Shown piece by piece: positions 19,463-29,247 of a stretch of 64,000 nt of DNA. Position 1 is the first letter of the stretch. The number at the start of each line of letters is the position of its first letter. Under the pieces are notes generated by a model. The model made no database searches. It was not told the origin of the DNA and was given only the letters and a program-made list of their open reading frames with translations. This DNA is from Smithella sp. (GTDB lineage: Bacteria > Desulfobacterota > Syntrophia > Syntrophales > Smithellaceae): assembly GCA_017993615.1 (NCBI GenBank), contig JAGOMJ010000002.1, positions 13,508 to 77,507 of the forward strand. The letters run 5' to 3'. A program made the translations under genes and the position numbers.

Positions 19463-20443
19463 TTACTTTTCGATGATATAATCAACCGCAGCTTCCACGC
19501 GACGGTTTTTCGCACGCCCATCGGCCGTATCGTTTGTATCGACGGGTCTCTCATCGCCAAAGCCTTTTGCCTCGATCCGGGCGGCATCGACACCGCCTTT
19601 TTCGACCATGTATTTTTTAACAGTTTCGGCGCGTTTTTGAGAGAGCTTCTTATTATATTCAGCCTTTCCCACATTATCCGTATGTCCTTCGATGACCACA
19701 TTCAATTCCGGATAATCTTTCATCACTTCAACCAGCGCATCGATGTCTTTATAATAACCGTCCTGAATGGTTGCTTTATCAAAATCAAATTTGACATCCA
19801 GGGTCTGTCTTCCCTTCTCAATGATAACCGGCTTGGCAACCGGAGCAGGTGGCGGAGGAGGAGGCAGGGGCTCTTCAACCTTTGTTTCTACAATCTTTTT
19901 CTCGCCGCCAAAGGCGAAGGTGAGGCCGACCGAGTAAAGCAGGTTGTTGTATCGCTCGTTAAATGGAATGATATGACGGACATCGGCTCTCAATGCAATA
20001 TTGTCCGTAACAAAATATTTGAAGCCGGCTCCGTAATCGAGAGCAAATTTATCCCGGTTATCCGGATCCTCGGGAAGCGCATCATAATGAATACCACCTA
20101 CCCCTACAGCAAAAAAGGGAACAAAGCGGCTTTCGGGCATAAAATGATAAAGCCCTTCCAGACCGTATCCGAAGAGTTCCATTTCATTGTCGTCATTCCA
20201 GTCTTTGTTATTGGTCGGAACATAATTAAAAAATGCTTCCACACCGATATTTTTTGTAAAATTGTAACCGGCGCGCAAACCGGCAGCGTAGGTGTCTTCA
20301 TTATTATCATATTCATTACCTTCAAAGACATAGCCTCCGATGAAAGGGGTTACTGAAAAAGAACCTGCCTTAACTTCAGCCTGCGCCACTGTGGCAAAAG
20401 CCAACAGCACCAAGATCCAAACAAACGATAGTGCTTTTTTCAT
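19463..20443 (-). CDS. OmpA-family outer membrane protein (beta-barrel + Pro-rich linker + OmpA_C peptidoglycan-binding domain)
   Basis: Signal peptide MKKALSFVWILVLLAFATVAQA, alternating barrel strands, PLPPPPPPAP hinge, C-terminal GHTDNVG..YNKKLSQKRA. Confidence 0.85.
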   Translation of the reverse strand: MKKALSFVWILVLLAFATVAQAEVKAGSFSVTPFIGGYVFEGNEYDNNEDTYAAGLRAGYNFTKNIGVEAFFNYVPTNNKDWNDDNEMELFGYGLEGLYHFMPESRFVPFFAVGVGGIHYDALPEDPDNRDKFALDYGAGFKYFVTDNIALRADVRHIIPFNERYNNLLYSVGLTFAFGGEKKIVETKVEEPLPPPPPPAPVAKPVIIEKGRQTLDVKFDFDKATIQDGYYKDIDALVEVMKDYPELNVVIEGHTDNVGKAEYNKKLSQKRAETVKKYMVEKGGVDAARIEAKGFGDERPVDTNDTADGRAKNRRVEAAVDYIIEK

Positions 20444-20670
20444 AACGTCCTCCTTAAATATTGATCATAAAGATCATTAGACTGTGAAAACGATTTTTAT
20501 TCCACCTGATTACGATATTCTTGATAACGCTTACTCCCCGACATTGTTTTTATGAAAGTATAATTATTTCATATATGTAAGTCAAGCGAATTCAGGCTTC
20601 AACATCCGCAAGACACAACGCGCCTCATCCTGTAATGTCACTAGATCTCTGCTTTCCGAACAGATTTTTT

Positions 20671-20916
20671 TCACTGCCGCGCCGCGGCATCCTCATTTAA
20701 CCTTTTCGCGGCCTCTTCGGCAATCTTGTTGGCCCGGTCGGCCGCGTCGGAAGCCTGATGCGCTTTTTCAATGGCCGGCTTCGCCTGATCGGCGCCTTGC
20801 ATCATCACCGTTGCCGTCGGGGCGGCGAAATATTTTGACCATAGAAAACCGGCGGCAATCAGCAACACAATGATTACGATAACAACCCAGGACGCAATGC
20901 CTTTTTCATCTCTCAT
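20671..20916 (-). CDS. small single-pass membrane protein, unknown function
   Basis: 81 aa, strong RBS AAGGAGG, one TM segment (WVVIVIIVLLIAAGFLW) and an Ala/charge-rich tail. Confidence 0.55.
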   Translation of the reverse strand: MRDEKGIASWVVIVIIVLLIAAGFLWSKYFAAPTATVMMQGADQAKPAIEKAHQASDAADRANKIAEEAAKRLNEDAAARQ

Positions 20917-21008
20917 GTTGAGCCTCCTTTTCTACATGTTAACGAACGGAATATTGTCTAACCTCAACAAACGGCGACACAACACATTCCTCAAAACCCG
21001 TGCCGAAT

Positions 21009-22220
21009 TCAATCTACACGAATCACGACCGCGTCGCCCTGAGCCAGTCCGCCGCATATGCCGCAGATGCCGTAACCGCCGCCACGGCGCTTGAGTTCAT
21101 ACATCATGGTCATCAAAATTCTTCCGCCGCTGGCACCCACCGGATGACCGATGGCAATGGCTCCGCCGTTGGGATTGGTTTTCTTCAGCAACTCGCGCCA
21201 CTTGGCTTCATCACCACCGGCCAGCATTTTTGTTGAAACCAGGGTAACGGCGGCAAAGGCTTCATTAATTTCGATGACGCTCATGTCGTCGATGCAAAGC
21301 GATGCGCGCTTGAGCGCCTGAGCGATGACTTTTGCCGGAAGTTCCGCCATCCGTCTGGGCTCGCCCGCACCGCTGGCCACAGCCACAATCGTTGCCAGCG
21401 GTCTGATACCGAGCTTTTCCGCTTTTGATCGACGCATGATAATGACCGCCGTCGCTCCGGCATCCAACCCCGGAGCATTGCCCGCCGTCACCGTGGGGCT
21501 GCCGTAAATGGTTTTTAACCTGGCCAATGCTTCCAGGGTGGTGTCGGGACGGGGAAGTTCGTCTTTACCGAAAATTACCGGCGTTCCTTTTTTTGCCGGC
21601 AACTCCACGCTGACCAGTTCATCATAGAAAAGCCCCGCCTTGTCCGCCGCATCCCATTTCTGATGCGACCCCAGCGCCCAGGCATCCTGTTCCTCCCGCG
21701 AAATACCGTGTTCGATGGCAATCTCGCCCGCATCGCGTCCCAGCGGCGTGTATTCGCGGTAGGTAATGGGATTCAGGTAATCCTGTACCAGAAGCGGCTT
21801 CATCCCCGAACCCCAGCGATGGCCGTTGATCAAAAGAGGTGTATTGCTCATGTTCTCAGCGCCCACAGCCATGCAGGCGTCCGCCTCATTTAATAAAATG
21901 GCGCGGCGGCCCAACTGCACCGCGCAAAGGGACGAACAACAGGCCCGATCCAAGGTAAGCGATACGAGCGTGCTGGGCAGGCCCGCGCGCAGAATGGCTT
22001 GCCGCGCATTGACGTTGTCGTAGAGGGCAGCCTCGGCCTGATCGCACATGCCGTAATAAACCTCGTCCAAATCCTCACCGGTCATCCCCGCGCGCTTGAG
22101 GCTTTCGTTGATGACAATCACACCCAGATCGGTGCTGTGAATTTCTTTGAGCGCGCCGCCGAATTTACTGAAAGGCGTGCGCACCGCACTGACAATGACC
22201 ACGTCGTTTTGATTGTTCAT
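21009..22220 (-). CDS. thiolase family protein (acetyl-CoA C-acyltransferase-like)
   Basis: 403 aa. N-terminus VVIVSAVRTPF, active-site Cys region LDRACCSS, C-terminal GHPVGASG..CGGLAQG. Confidence 0.75.
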   Translation of the reverse strand: MNNQNDVVIVSAVRTPFSKFGGALKEIHSTDLGVIVINESLKRAGMTGEDLDEVYYGMCDQAEAALYDNVNARQAILRAGLPSTLVSLTLDRACCSSLCAVQLGRRAILLNEADACMAVGAENMSNTPLLINGHRWGSGMKPLLVQDYLNPITYREYTPLGRDAGEIAIEHGISREEQDAWALGSHQKWDAADKAGLFYDELVSVELPAKKGTPVIFGKDELPRPDTTLEALARLKTIYGSPTVTAGNAPGLDAGATAVIIMRRSKAEKLGIRPLATIVAVASGAGEPRRMAELPAKVIAQALKRASLCIDDMSVIEINEAFAAVTLVSTKMLAGGDEAKWRELLKKTNPNGGAIAIGHPVGASGGRILMTMMYELKRRGGGYGICGICGGLAQGDAVVIRVD

Positions 22221-22289
22221 AAAACCTCCAGAGTATTCCGAGCTGTATGATCATGTTCTCATGGTGAACATGATATCATGTTTTTCGAT

Positions 22290-24122
22290 TTACACGTTGT
22301 CATAAAGAGCGCGGAGTCTCTCACCGTACTTTTCCATGACATTGCGGCGTTTGAGTTTCAGGGTTTGCGTCAGCATGCCGTTATCCACGGAAAAGTCCTC
22401 CGTGATATAAAGGAACTTCTGAGGAATTTCATATCCGCCGAAAGACTTGCGCAAATGGTCGGTGATCTGTTTGGAGATAAAATCGGTGCACTCCTTATTG
22501 GCAATGGTTTCGTCCGGTGTGCCCTGCGCCCACCGGGACGTTTGCGAATCGGTTTTAACCGCCTCAAAATCCGGAACAACCAGCGCCACGTTAAACGTCC
22601 GGCCCTCGCCATAAACAATAACATTGGAAACGTAACGCAGAAGTTTGATCTCGTTTTCAATGGATTCGGGATGAACGTACTTGCCGTTTTCCAGTTTGTA
22701 TTCATCCTTGAAACGTCCGGTGATATTCAGATAACCGTCTTCATCAATCCAGCCTCGGTCGCCGGTCCTGACGCCGGGGAATCCGTTCCAGGTATCGGGC
22801 ATCATCACCTCTTTGGTTGTTTCCGGCTTGTTGTGATATCCCTGCATGACCTGCGCGCCATACACCACGATCTCGCCGTCCGGACTGTCTTCTCCGACGC
22901 GGGACTTATCGATAACAACTTTCGTATCTTTGTACGGTTTGCCGATCGTGCCGAATTTATTGCCCCGCTTGGGACTATTGTTGGTAAGAACAGGCGATGT
23001 TTCCGACAAACCATAGCCGACGTAGGGAACGACCCCGACATCGCTGAAGAACATCGCGATTTCCGGTTTCATCAATGCTCCGCCAATGACGACCTGTTTT
23101 AACCGTCCGCCGAAAATGTTCCGAACCGTGGAAAAGGCGACCGCGTCATAGAATTTAAATTCGTCCGTTTTTTCTTTCAGATCCCGGTTTTTGATCGCCT
23201 CGGCTACCGCCGCATCGAAGATTTTCTTCTTTTCCGGATCCGCTGACACGCTCTGCTGAATTTTATCGTAAATAATATTGAACACCCGCGGTACGGCATT
23301 CATATGCGTGGGCTTGATCTCGCCGAAATTCAACAGAAGTTTGTCGGCGGATTCAGCCAGTCCGAGCTGCCAGCCGCCATAGACGAAAACATGCAGGTCG
23401 GTCGTCAGACCGAAACTGTGCGCCCAGGGAAGAATGCTCAGCCCGACCTCTTCCTCCCCCACATCGAATGTCCAATGACTTTCCTTGGCGTTGTGCGTCA
23501 GATTGCCGTGACTCAGCAGAACGCCTTTCGGATCGCCGGTGGTACCGGACGTATAAATAATCACCGCCGTTTCCGACCAGTGCGGCTTGTACGACAAAAC
23601 GGGATTTGCCTTGCCCATTTTTTCCAGTTCCGCCAGGGAATTTTCTCCCGAACCATACAGCATAAACACGCCTTTTAATGTTGGAATATCATTTTGAAAA
23701 TTTTTAATGATCTCGTAGATTTTTTGATTGCTGACAAAAAGATATTTAATGGCGGAATCCTTGATAATGTACTGCCACACCTTCTGCAGCTCCTTTTCGT
23801 ACATGGGAACAAAAACACCGCCCAGACCGTGAGTGGCGTTGGCGCAAACAAACCATTCCGCCGAGTTGCCGACAATGACACCGACCTTTTCGCCTTTTTC
23901 AAAACCGATTTTTTTCAACGCGCCGCGCAGATTGTTCACCCGCTCGGCAACCTGCGCAAAGGTTACCCACTCGTATTGATTGGTCTCTTTGTTTTTTGTG
24001 CCGAACAAATTGCGGGACGCAAATTTCGCCGCACTGTCTTCAAACATATCGACCAGATTATTCGGTTTGGTGTAATAAGATTCGAGATTCCCTGCAACAT
24101 TACTTTCTTTTTCTTTTACCAT
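22290..24122 (-). CDS. long-chain acyl-CoA synthetase (AMP-forming)
   Basis: 610 aa with the AMP-binding motif IYTSGTTGDPKGV and a TGD..DEDGYL region. Confidence 0.85.
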   Translation of the reverse strand: MVKEKESNVAGNLESYYTKPNNLVDMFEDSAAKFASRNLFGTKNKETNQYEWVTFAQVAERVNNLRGALKKIGFEKGEKVGVIVGNSAEWFVCANATHGLGGVFVPMYEKELQKVWQYIIKDSAIKYLFVSNQKIYEIIKNFQNDIPTLKGVFMLYGSGENSLAELEKMGKANPVLSYKPHWSETAVIIYTSGTTGDPKGVLLSHGNLTHNAKESHWTFDVGEEEVGLSILPWAHSFGLTTDLHVFVYGGWQLGLAESADKLLLNFGEIKPTHMNAVPRVFNIIYDKIQQSVSADPEKKKIFDAAVAEAIKNRDLKEKTDEFKFYDAVAFSTVRNIFGGRLKQVVIGGALMKPEIAMFFSDVGVVPYVGYGLSETSPVLTNNSPKRGNKFGTIGKPYKDTKVVIDKSRVGEDSPDGEIVVYGAQVMQGYHNKPETTKEVMMPDTWNGFPGVRTGDRGWIDEDGYLNITGRFKDEYKLENGKYVHPESIENEIKLLRYVSNVIVYGEGRTFNVALVVPDFEAVKTDSQTSRWAQGTPDETIANKECTDFISKQITDHLRKSFGGYEIPQKFLYITEDFSVDNGMLTQTLKLKRRNVMEKYGERLRALYDNV

Positions 24123-24282
24123 CGTGCACTTCCTTTCCTCAATAATTGAAATTTTTATTCTTCATCGGCAAGCAATGCCGTTATGTTCAGAAGCCTGTTG
24201 CAAAATCACCATATTTACTATATTCATAAAACATGAATTGATGTCAATTATTATTCCCCTTTATCAAACAGGAAATTACATC

Positions 24283-24732
24283 ATGACGCAAGTCTACCAA
24301 TATAAACTCACGGTTCCGGAAAGCGCCGTGGATATAAATGGTCATGTCAACAACGTTGAATATTTGCAATGGATGCAATGGGCCGCCGTGCTTCATTCCG
24401 ACATCCGGGGATGCACCAAAGCCACCCTGGATGTCGGAGCCACCTGGGTGGTGCGCATGCATCATATCGAATATCTGCGTCCTGCCTTCGCGGGAGACAC
24501 CGTCGTAATTCTGACCTGGGTTTCTGATTTTCGTCGCGTACGGTCCTTAAGAAAATACAAAGTCATCCGCTGTAAAGACAAGGCTGTGCTTGTCGAAGGC
24601 AAAACCGACTGGGTTTTTGTTGATGCAAAAACCGGCCGATTGCGTTCGATTCCCAAAAATGTTATGATGAAATTCAAGCTGTTGCCTGAAGTTCTTGAAC
24701 CGGAAATTCTCAACAGCTTGAATTTTTCCTGA
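24283..24732 (+). CDS. hotdog-fold acyl-CoA thioesterase (4HBT/YbgC type)
   Basis: Start trimmed to ATG 24283 (MTQVYQYKLTV), with AGGA upstream. DINGHVNNVEYLQW motif. Confidence 0.7.
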   Translation: MTQVYQYKLTVPESAVDINGHVNNVEYLQWMQWAAVLHSDIRGCTKATLDVGATWVVRMHHIEYLRPAFAGDTVVILTWVSDFRRVRSLRKYKVIRCKDKAVLVEGKTDWVFVDAKTGRLRSIPKNVMMKFKLLPEVLEPEILNSLNFS

Positions 24733-24759
24733 CTATTATTTAAGGGGGAGAAGATCGTC

Positions 24760-26361
24760 GTGAACGCAGAAGCACATTTGAAAGCAATGGATTCAATGAT
24801 CCATCTTTGCGCGGCTGTTAAAAACGTCCAGCTCTATTCAGAAGACAGTCCCATCACGCAAAATTCCATCGACAGAGCTTATCTTTATCTTCTGGACACC
24901 TTAAAGCAGAAATCCCCCCTGGTGTTTGCGGAATCGGGGAAAAAAGTCATGCTGTGCGGAGAAGCCCTCAGGGAAAAGGATCAGGAAACTCTTCATGTTG
25001 TTTTTCTGATGGATTTATTCGTTAATTTCGGTCTTCGGAGCATTTCTTTTGAAAAAGGCCTGCTCAAAAATGAACTTCAGGCTTTTATAAAGTCTCTGGC
25101 GAGAGACCCGGAACATTTGCGCCATTTGGGGGGCCTTGCCAAGACAATAACCGATAACGGCATTATTCATATTCACGCAGATAAACAAGATGTTGAATTT
25201 TCCCTGGCCGGCGATCAGACTGAACCCCAGCCCGTCCCAGATCCCGAGCCGGTTCCTGAGATGACGAACCTCCCCGAAATAAATCAACCTCCTGTCGTGA
25301 TAGCGACGGATGATCCGGTTTCCGAGATTATTGCCAAAACGATCGAATCATTAAGACGCCTGAACGAATTGAAAAACGCCCCCGAACCTTTTGTTGCTGA
25401 AGAACAAACCAACCTGATCAGGAAATCTGCCGGGCACGTGGCCGAGTGGCTGAAGATAGAATCGGTTTTCACTCCGGACTATGTTAAAAATCTGGACAGT
25501 CTGCAAAAACTGGTTCAGGCATTGATTCATCACGAACTTCTGACCGAAGCCAATTCGATTATTTCTGTTTTAAGTCAAATCAACACCGGCGTCCTTGAAA
25601 AAAATGATGACATTCGGGATATCTCTTTACAGGTTCTTAAAAATCTTGCCTCGGAAAACAACATTCATTTCCTGTTTAAGGAAATCAACATCAACGAAAA
25701 AAACAAAACAACGGACGCTTTTAAAATTCTTTCCGGATTCGGCGACGATTTTATCATCACAAAACTGCTGGATATCGTCCGTCATGCCAAAGACAGCAAG
25801 GAACGCATACGCATTATTCATATCATCCAGGAAATCGGACAGAAGGCGATCCCGGCCATTAAAGAAAACATTACAACGGAAGCTCCCTGGTACTTTCTCC
25901 GCAATATGGCATATATTCTCGGACGCATCGGCGACGAGGAAAATGTTCAGATTCTTCGGCCTCTTCTCTTTCATAAAGACAAGCGCGTGCGTGCGGAAAC
26001 TTTAAAAAGTATCGGTCAGATCGGCGGAAACCGCCGGGGAGCACTGCTCCTATCCGCGCTTCCTGATGCAGATTTTGAACTGAAGCTTCACATGATAGAA
26101 ATGCTCGGTAAAATCAAATGTACGGAGGCGGTGGATCCGTTGCTGGATATGCTCAAAGGCAAGTCTTCGATGACGAAGGAGCAACAGGTCTCTTTCCAGG
26201 AAACGATCTGTGCGGCTCTGGGTTTCATCGGGTCGCCGGAGGCAATCCCCATCCTCTCGGAAATTGCCGAATCAAAATCGTTTCTGGGCATAGGATCCTA
26301 TCCGGCTGAAGTAAAATATGCTGCCGCCGGCGCGCTAAAATCCATCAAAAGAAAACAATAG
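24760..26361 (+). CDS. HEAT-repeat protein
   Basis: GTG start with RBS GGGGGAGAAG. The C-terminal half has repeated RVRAETLKSIGQIG / LLDML..AALGFIGSPEAIPIL HEAT-like units. An acidic Pro-rich linker sits mid-protein. Confidence 0.6.
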   Translation: MNAEAHLKAMDSMIHLCAAVKNVQLYSEDSPITQNSIDRAYLYLLDTLKQKSPLVFAESGKKVMLCGEALREKDQETLHVVFLMDLFVNFGLRSISFEKGLLKNELQAFIKSLARDPEHLRHLGGLAKTITDNGIIHIHADKQDVEFSLAGDQTEPQPVPDPEPVPEMTNLPEINQPPVVIATDDPVSEIIAKTIESLRRLNELKNAPEPFVAEEQTNLIRKSAGHVAEWLKIESVFTPDYVKNLDSLQKLVQALIHHELLTEANSIISVLSQINTGVLEKNDDIRDISLQVLKNLASENNIHFLFKEININEKNKTTDAFKILSGFGDDFIITKLLDIVRHAKDSKERIRIIHIIQEIGQKAIPAIKENITTEAPWYFLRNMAYILGRIGDEENVQILRPLLFHKDKRVRAETLKSIGQIGGNRRGALLLSALPDADFELKLHMIEMLGKIKCTEAVDPLLDMLKGKSSMTKEQQVSFQETICAALGFIGSPEAIPILSEIAESKSFLGIGSYPAEVKYAAAGALKSIKRKQ

Positions 26362-26436
26362 CCGCATCATTCGGGCGTCTTGCCCTTTGCGGGCGCAATC
26401 TCCGTCGGAGGCGCATCCGTCTTTGGATAACTCAAT

Positions 26437-27060
26437 TTATTTCAAGGCGGCATTGATTAAGCGCGCCAACCGACCGGCAGCGGTCTCCGGATCGGGCGAG
26501 GAACATATCGCAGAAACAACCGCGATGCACGGTGCTCCGGCTTCAATGACCTCCCTGATATTGGCTTCATGAATACCGCCGATCGCCACCAGCGGATGAC
26601 GACTGAATGCCTTGATGCGGGAAAGACCTTCCAAACCCCATACACCTTTCGTATCCGTTTTGGTCGGTGTGGCAAAAACCGGACTGACGCCAATATAACT
26701 GACATCAAGCGCCTGACTGGCAATAAAATCCGCCCACGTTTCTACGGAAAGACCGATGATCGCTTTGGGTCCCAGCAGTCTGCGCGCCAGGTCATAAGGC
26801 ATATCCTCCTGTCCGATATGAACGCCGTCGGCGCCGCAGGCCAAAGCAACATCCACACGGTCATTGATGATCAGGGGAACTTTATGGGGCGTTAAACTCT
26901 TCTTAATACGCAGGGCTTCTTCAACAAAATCATGGGTCGACATTTCTTTTTCGCGAAGCTGAACATATGAGACTCCGCCTTTGACCGCCTGAAGAACGAT
27001 TTCCTCTACCGATTTGTCTTTGCACAAACGGCGGTCGGTAACCAGATATAATCCCCGCAT
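26437..27060 (-). CDS. thiE: thiamine-phosphate synthase
   Basis: 207 aa with YLVTDR, VQLREK, ADGVHIGQED and IGGI motifs. Confidence 0.85.
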   Translation of the reverse strand: MRGLYLVTDRRLCKDKSVEEIVLQAVKGGVSYVQLREKEMSTHDFVEEALRIKKSLTPHKVPLIINDRVDVALACGADGVHIGQEDMPYDLARRLLGPKAIIGLSVETWADFIASQALDVSYIGVSPVFATPTKTDTKGVWGLEGLSRIKAFSRHPLVAIGGIHEANIREVIEAGAPCIAVVSAICSSPDPETAAGRLARLINAALK

Positions 27061-27062
27061 GT

Positions 27063-27866
27063 CTAATCCTCAACCTTTAAACGTCTCGCGATATCATCTT
27101 CCGATATACGGTAAAGAGCATCCAAAAAATGAACCTGAAGGCTTCCCGGTCCGGCGGCAACTTCTGCCGCCGTTTCCCCGGCAACCCCCATGAGCGCCAT
27201 CGCCTGAGCGGTGGAAGCAAAAGTCGATTCTCCCACCGCGGCAAAAGCTCCGCATAACGCCGATGCCGTACAGCCCAATCCTGTGACCCTGGACATCATG
27301 GGGTTACCATTTTTTATTTTTAAGATTGTTTGCGGACAGATAATGTAATCTGTTGCTCCGCTCACGCATACGACACACTCATGCATTTCGCTTAATTTTT
27401 GCGCTGTATCTATGGCCTGATCGGAAGACGAGGCGCTGTCCACCCCTTTTGTTTTGGATTGCTCATTGTAAAGAGCCATGATTTCCGACGCATTACCCCT
27501 GATGATCGAAGGCGGTTCTTGCGCCATTAATGCTCGCACCGTATTCGTACGGTAGTTGGTCGCTCCGGCGCCAACCGGATCCAGAATTACGGGAATTCCT
27601 TTTTTTCGGGCCTGACGCGCGGCTTTGAACATCGAGCGGATCCAGCTTTCACTTAAGGTTCCGATGTTGATCACCAGAGCCGACGCGATGTCCACCATGT
27701 CTTCAACTTCCTCTTGCGCATGCGCCATGACCGGAGATGCGCCGATTGCCAAAAGCGCGTTGGCCGTATTGTTCATGACCACGTAATTGGTTATGTTATG
27801 GATCACCGGCGCTCTGGAACGAATCAGCTCTATCGATCTGTAAATTTCTTTCGCCGTCATTCTCAT
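27063..27866 (-). CDS. thiM: hydroxyethylthiazole kinase
   Basis: Start trimmed to ATG 27866 (RBS AAGGAG). VIHNITNYVVMNNTANALLAIGASP, PVILDPVG, GLGC. Confidence 0.85.
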   Translation of the reverse strand: MRMTAKEIYRSIELIRSRAPVIHNITNYVVMNNTANALLAIGASPVMAHAQEEVEDMVDIASALVINIGTLSESWIRSMFKAARQARKKGIPVILDPVGAGATNYRTNTVRALMAQEPPSIIRGNASEIMALYNEQSKTKGVDSASSSDQAIDTAQKLSEMHECVVCVSGATDYIICPQTILKIKNGNPMMSRVTGLGCTASALCGAFAAVGESTFASTAQAMALMGVAGETAAEVAAGPGSLQVHFLDALYRISEDDIARRLKVED

Positions 27867-28007
27867 GATCTTCCAGCTCCTTGATGGTTTGCAAAACCCA
27901 AAGCAATATTTAAAGGGATACTTCCCCACAAAAACAAGTCGCCCCGAGGGGATCATTCGATCAGCAGTCTTCGGTGCACTCCGTTTCCGGAGTTTGGCCT
28001 TCATTTA

Positions 28008-28042
28008 AAACCCTTCCCGACGGGCCATACCGGGAAGGGTTT
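28008..28042 (-). terminator. terminator-type expression platform of the TPP riboswitch
   Basis: AAACCCTTCCCG-gtatggcccgt-CGGGAAGGGTTT followed by TAAAT on the minus strand, directly 3' of the aptamer. Confidence 0.55.
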
Positions 28043-28057
28043 ACATGCAACAAACAT

Positions 28058-28133
28058 TCTCCCTTCGCTGGCATTATCCAGATCAGGTTCAACGGGTATC
28101 ATCTCAGATCCGTTATCTTCCGGACCACCCCTA
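28058..28133 (-). promoter_or_regulatory. TPP (THI-box) riboswitch aptamer
   Basis: Minus strand reads GGGGTGGTCCGGAAGATAACGGATCTGAGATGATACCCGTTGAACCTGATCTGGATAATGCCAGCGAAGGGAGAA. It contains the conserved CUGAGA, ACCC, AACCUGAUCUGGAUAAUGCCAGCG and AGGGA blocks. Confidence 0.9.
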
Positions 28134-28149
28134 TGCAAAATATCTGACC

Positions 28150-28177
28150 AATGTGATTGATAGGCGTCAATCACATT
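28150..28177 (-). terminator. perfect 11-bp-stem hairpin between the cydB stop and the riboswitch (terminator or operator)
   Basis: AATGTGATTGA-6 nt-TCAATCACATT. It has no strong U tract and contains a TTGACG that could serve as the -35 for the riboswitch transcript. Confidence 0.35.
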
Positions 28178-28192
28178 CATTGTCGCTGCCTT

Positions 28193-29203
28193 TCAATAAT
28201 GACTTGAAGATTTCGTTTTGCCTTTGAAGATACGATAAACAAAAATGGTATAGGCAATTACAATCGGCATCCCGATCAGAGCAATAACGCTCATGACTTT
28301 GAGGGTTAACAAACTGGTGGAACTGTTATAAATTGTCAAGCTCATACTTTGATCATTGCTGGCCCTAATCAGATTGGGAAAATGAACGGCGGCCACGACC
28401 AGCCACAGGCCGATAAAGGCGAATGACGATTCCCAAAACGGAGCAGAGTCGTTTTTATGCCTGACGGAAAAGAAAATCGATGACAGCCAAAGCACGGTGC
28501 ACATAAAGGCCAGATAGAATAACCAATTTGTAACGATGTCATCGAAGGTAAAGGCAATCGTTCCAAAATAGATCATGGCTGTTATGAGATTTATTACCGT
28601 TAGAAAACTCACCGCTTTAAAGGACCGTTCTCGCAACTCACCTTCCGTTTTCATCACTGCGTATGCTGCTCCCTGCAACAAAACAGCGGCAAACCCGGTT
28701 ACCCCGAACATCAGCGGCACCGGACGCAGTAGTGTAAAGAAGTTTCCTGTAAATTCCATTTGATCATCCAGCGGCACCCCGTAAACGACATTGCCCAGCG
28801 CGACGCCGAACAACAAAGCCGCCAGCGCGCTTCCGGCAATGAACGCCTTTTCCCAAAGGAGGGATCTTTTTTCGTCATGTGCACGAAATTCCATGGAAAC
28901 AGCCCGGAAAATCAGAGCGAACAACACCAGCATCATCGCCAGATAAAAACCGGAAAAAGCCGTGGCATAGGCATGCGGAAAAGCGGCAAATAAAGCGCCG
29001 CCGCCGGTAATCAGCCAGACTTCATTGCCGTCCCAAACCGGACCGATGGAATTGATTAAGATATCCTTCTCTTCTTTGGTCTTGCCCAAAAAAGGAAGCA
29101 GCGCTCCGATGCCCAGATCAAATCCGTCCAGAAGAGAATACCCCATGAGAAGCACTAAGATCAGAACAAACCAGAGCTCCTGATAGCATTGAATATTGTC
29201 CAT
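28193..29203 (-). CDS. cydB: cytochrome bd oxidase subunit II
   Basis: 336 aa polytopic protein with the typical N-terminus LWFVLILVLLMGYSLLDGFDLG..GPVWDGNEVWL. Confidence 0.9.
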   Translation of the reverse strand: MDNIQCYQELWFVLILVLLMGYSLLDGFDLGIGALLPFLGKTKEEKDILINSIGPVWDGNEVWLITGGGALFAAFPHAYATAFSGFYLAMMLVLFALIFRAVSMEFRAHDEKRSLLWEKAFIAGSALAALLFGVALGNVVYGVPLDDQMEFTGNFFTLLRPVPLMFGVTGFAAVLLQGAAYAVMKTEGELRERSFKAVSFLTVINLITAMIYFGTIAFTFDDIVTNWLFYLAFMCTVLWLSSIFFSVRHKNDSAPFWESSFAFIGLWLVVAAVHFPNLIRASNDQSMSLTIYNSSTSLLTLKVMSVIALIGMPIVIAYTIFVYRIFKGKTKSSSHY

Positions 29204-29247
29204 GGATGTTGCCTCCAGAATAATTTCCAGTTTTTAGAATTTTTTCA

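Noticed and set aside
22278-23102. Long antisense ORFs throughout the window. Examples are 22278-23102, 58376-59290, 57042-57914, 19637-20356, 37919-38587, 63188-63835, 14327-15034, 4429-5166, 32543-33202 and 31148-31747.
   Set aside because: Each lies opposite a gene with unambiguous family motifs. Each has Arg/His/Phe/Gly-rich low-information composition typical of the reverse frame of a coding region, and each lacks an RBS.
28045-28227. 60-aa plus-strand ORF.
   Set aside because: It covers the TPP riboswitch aptamer, which is encoded on the opposite strand.
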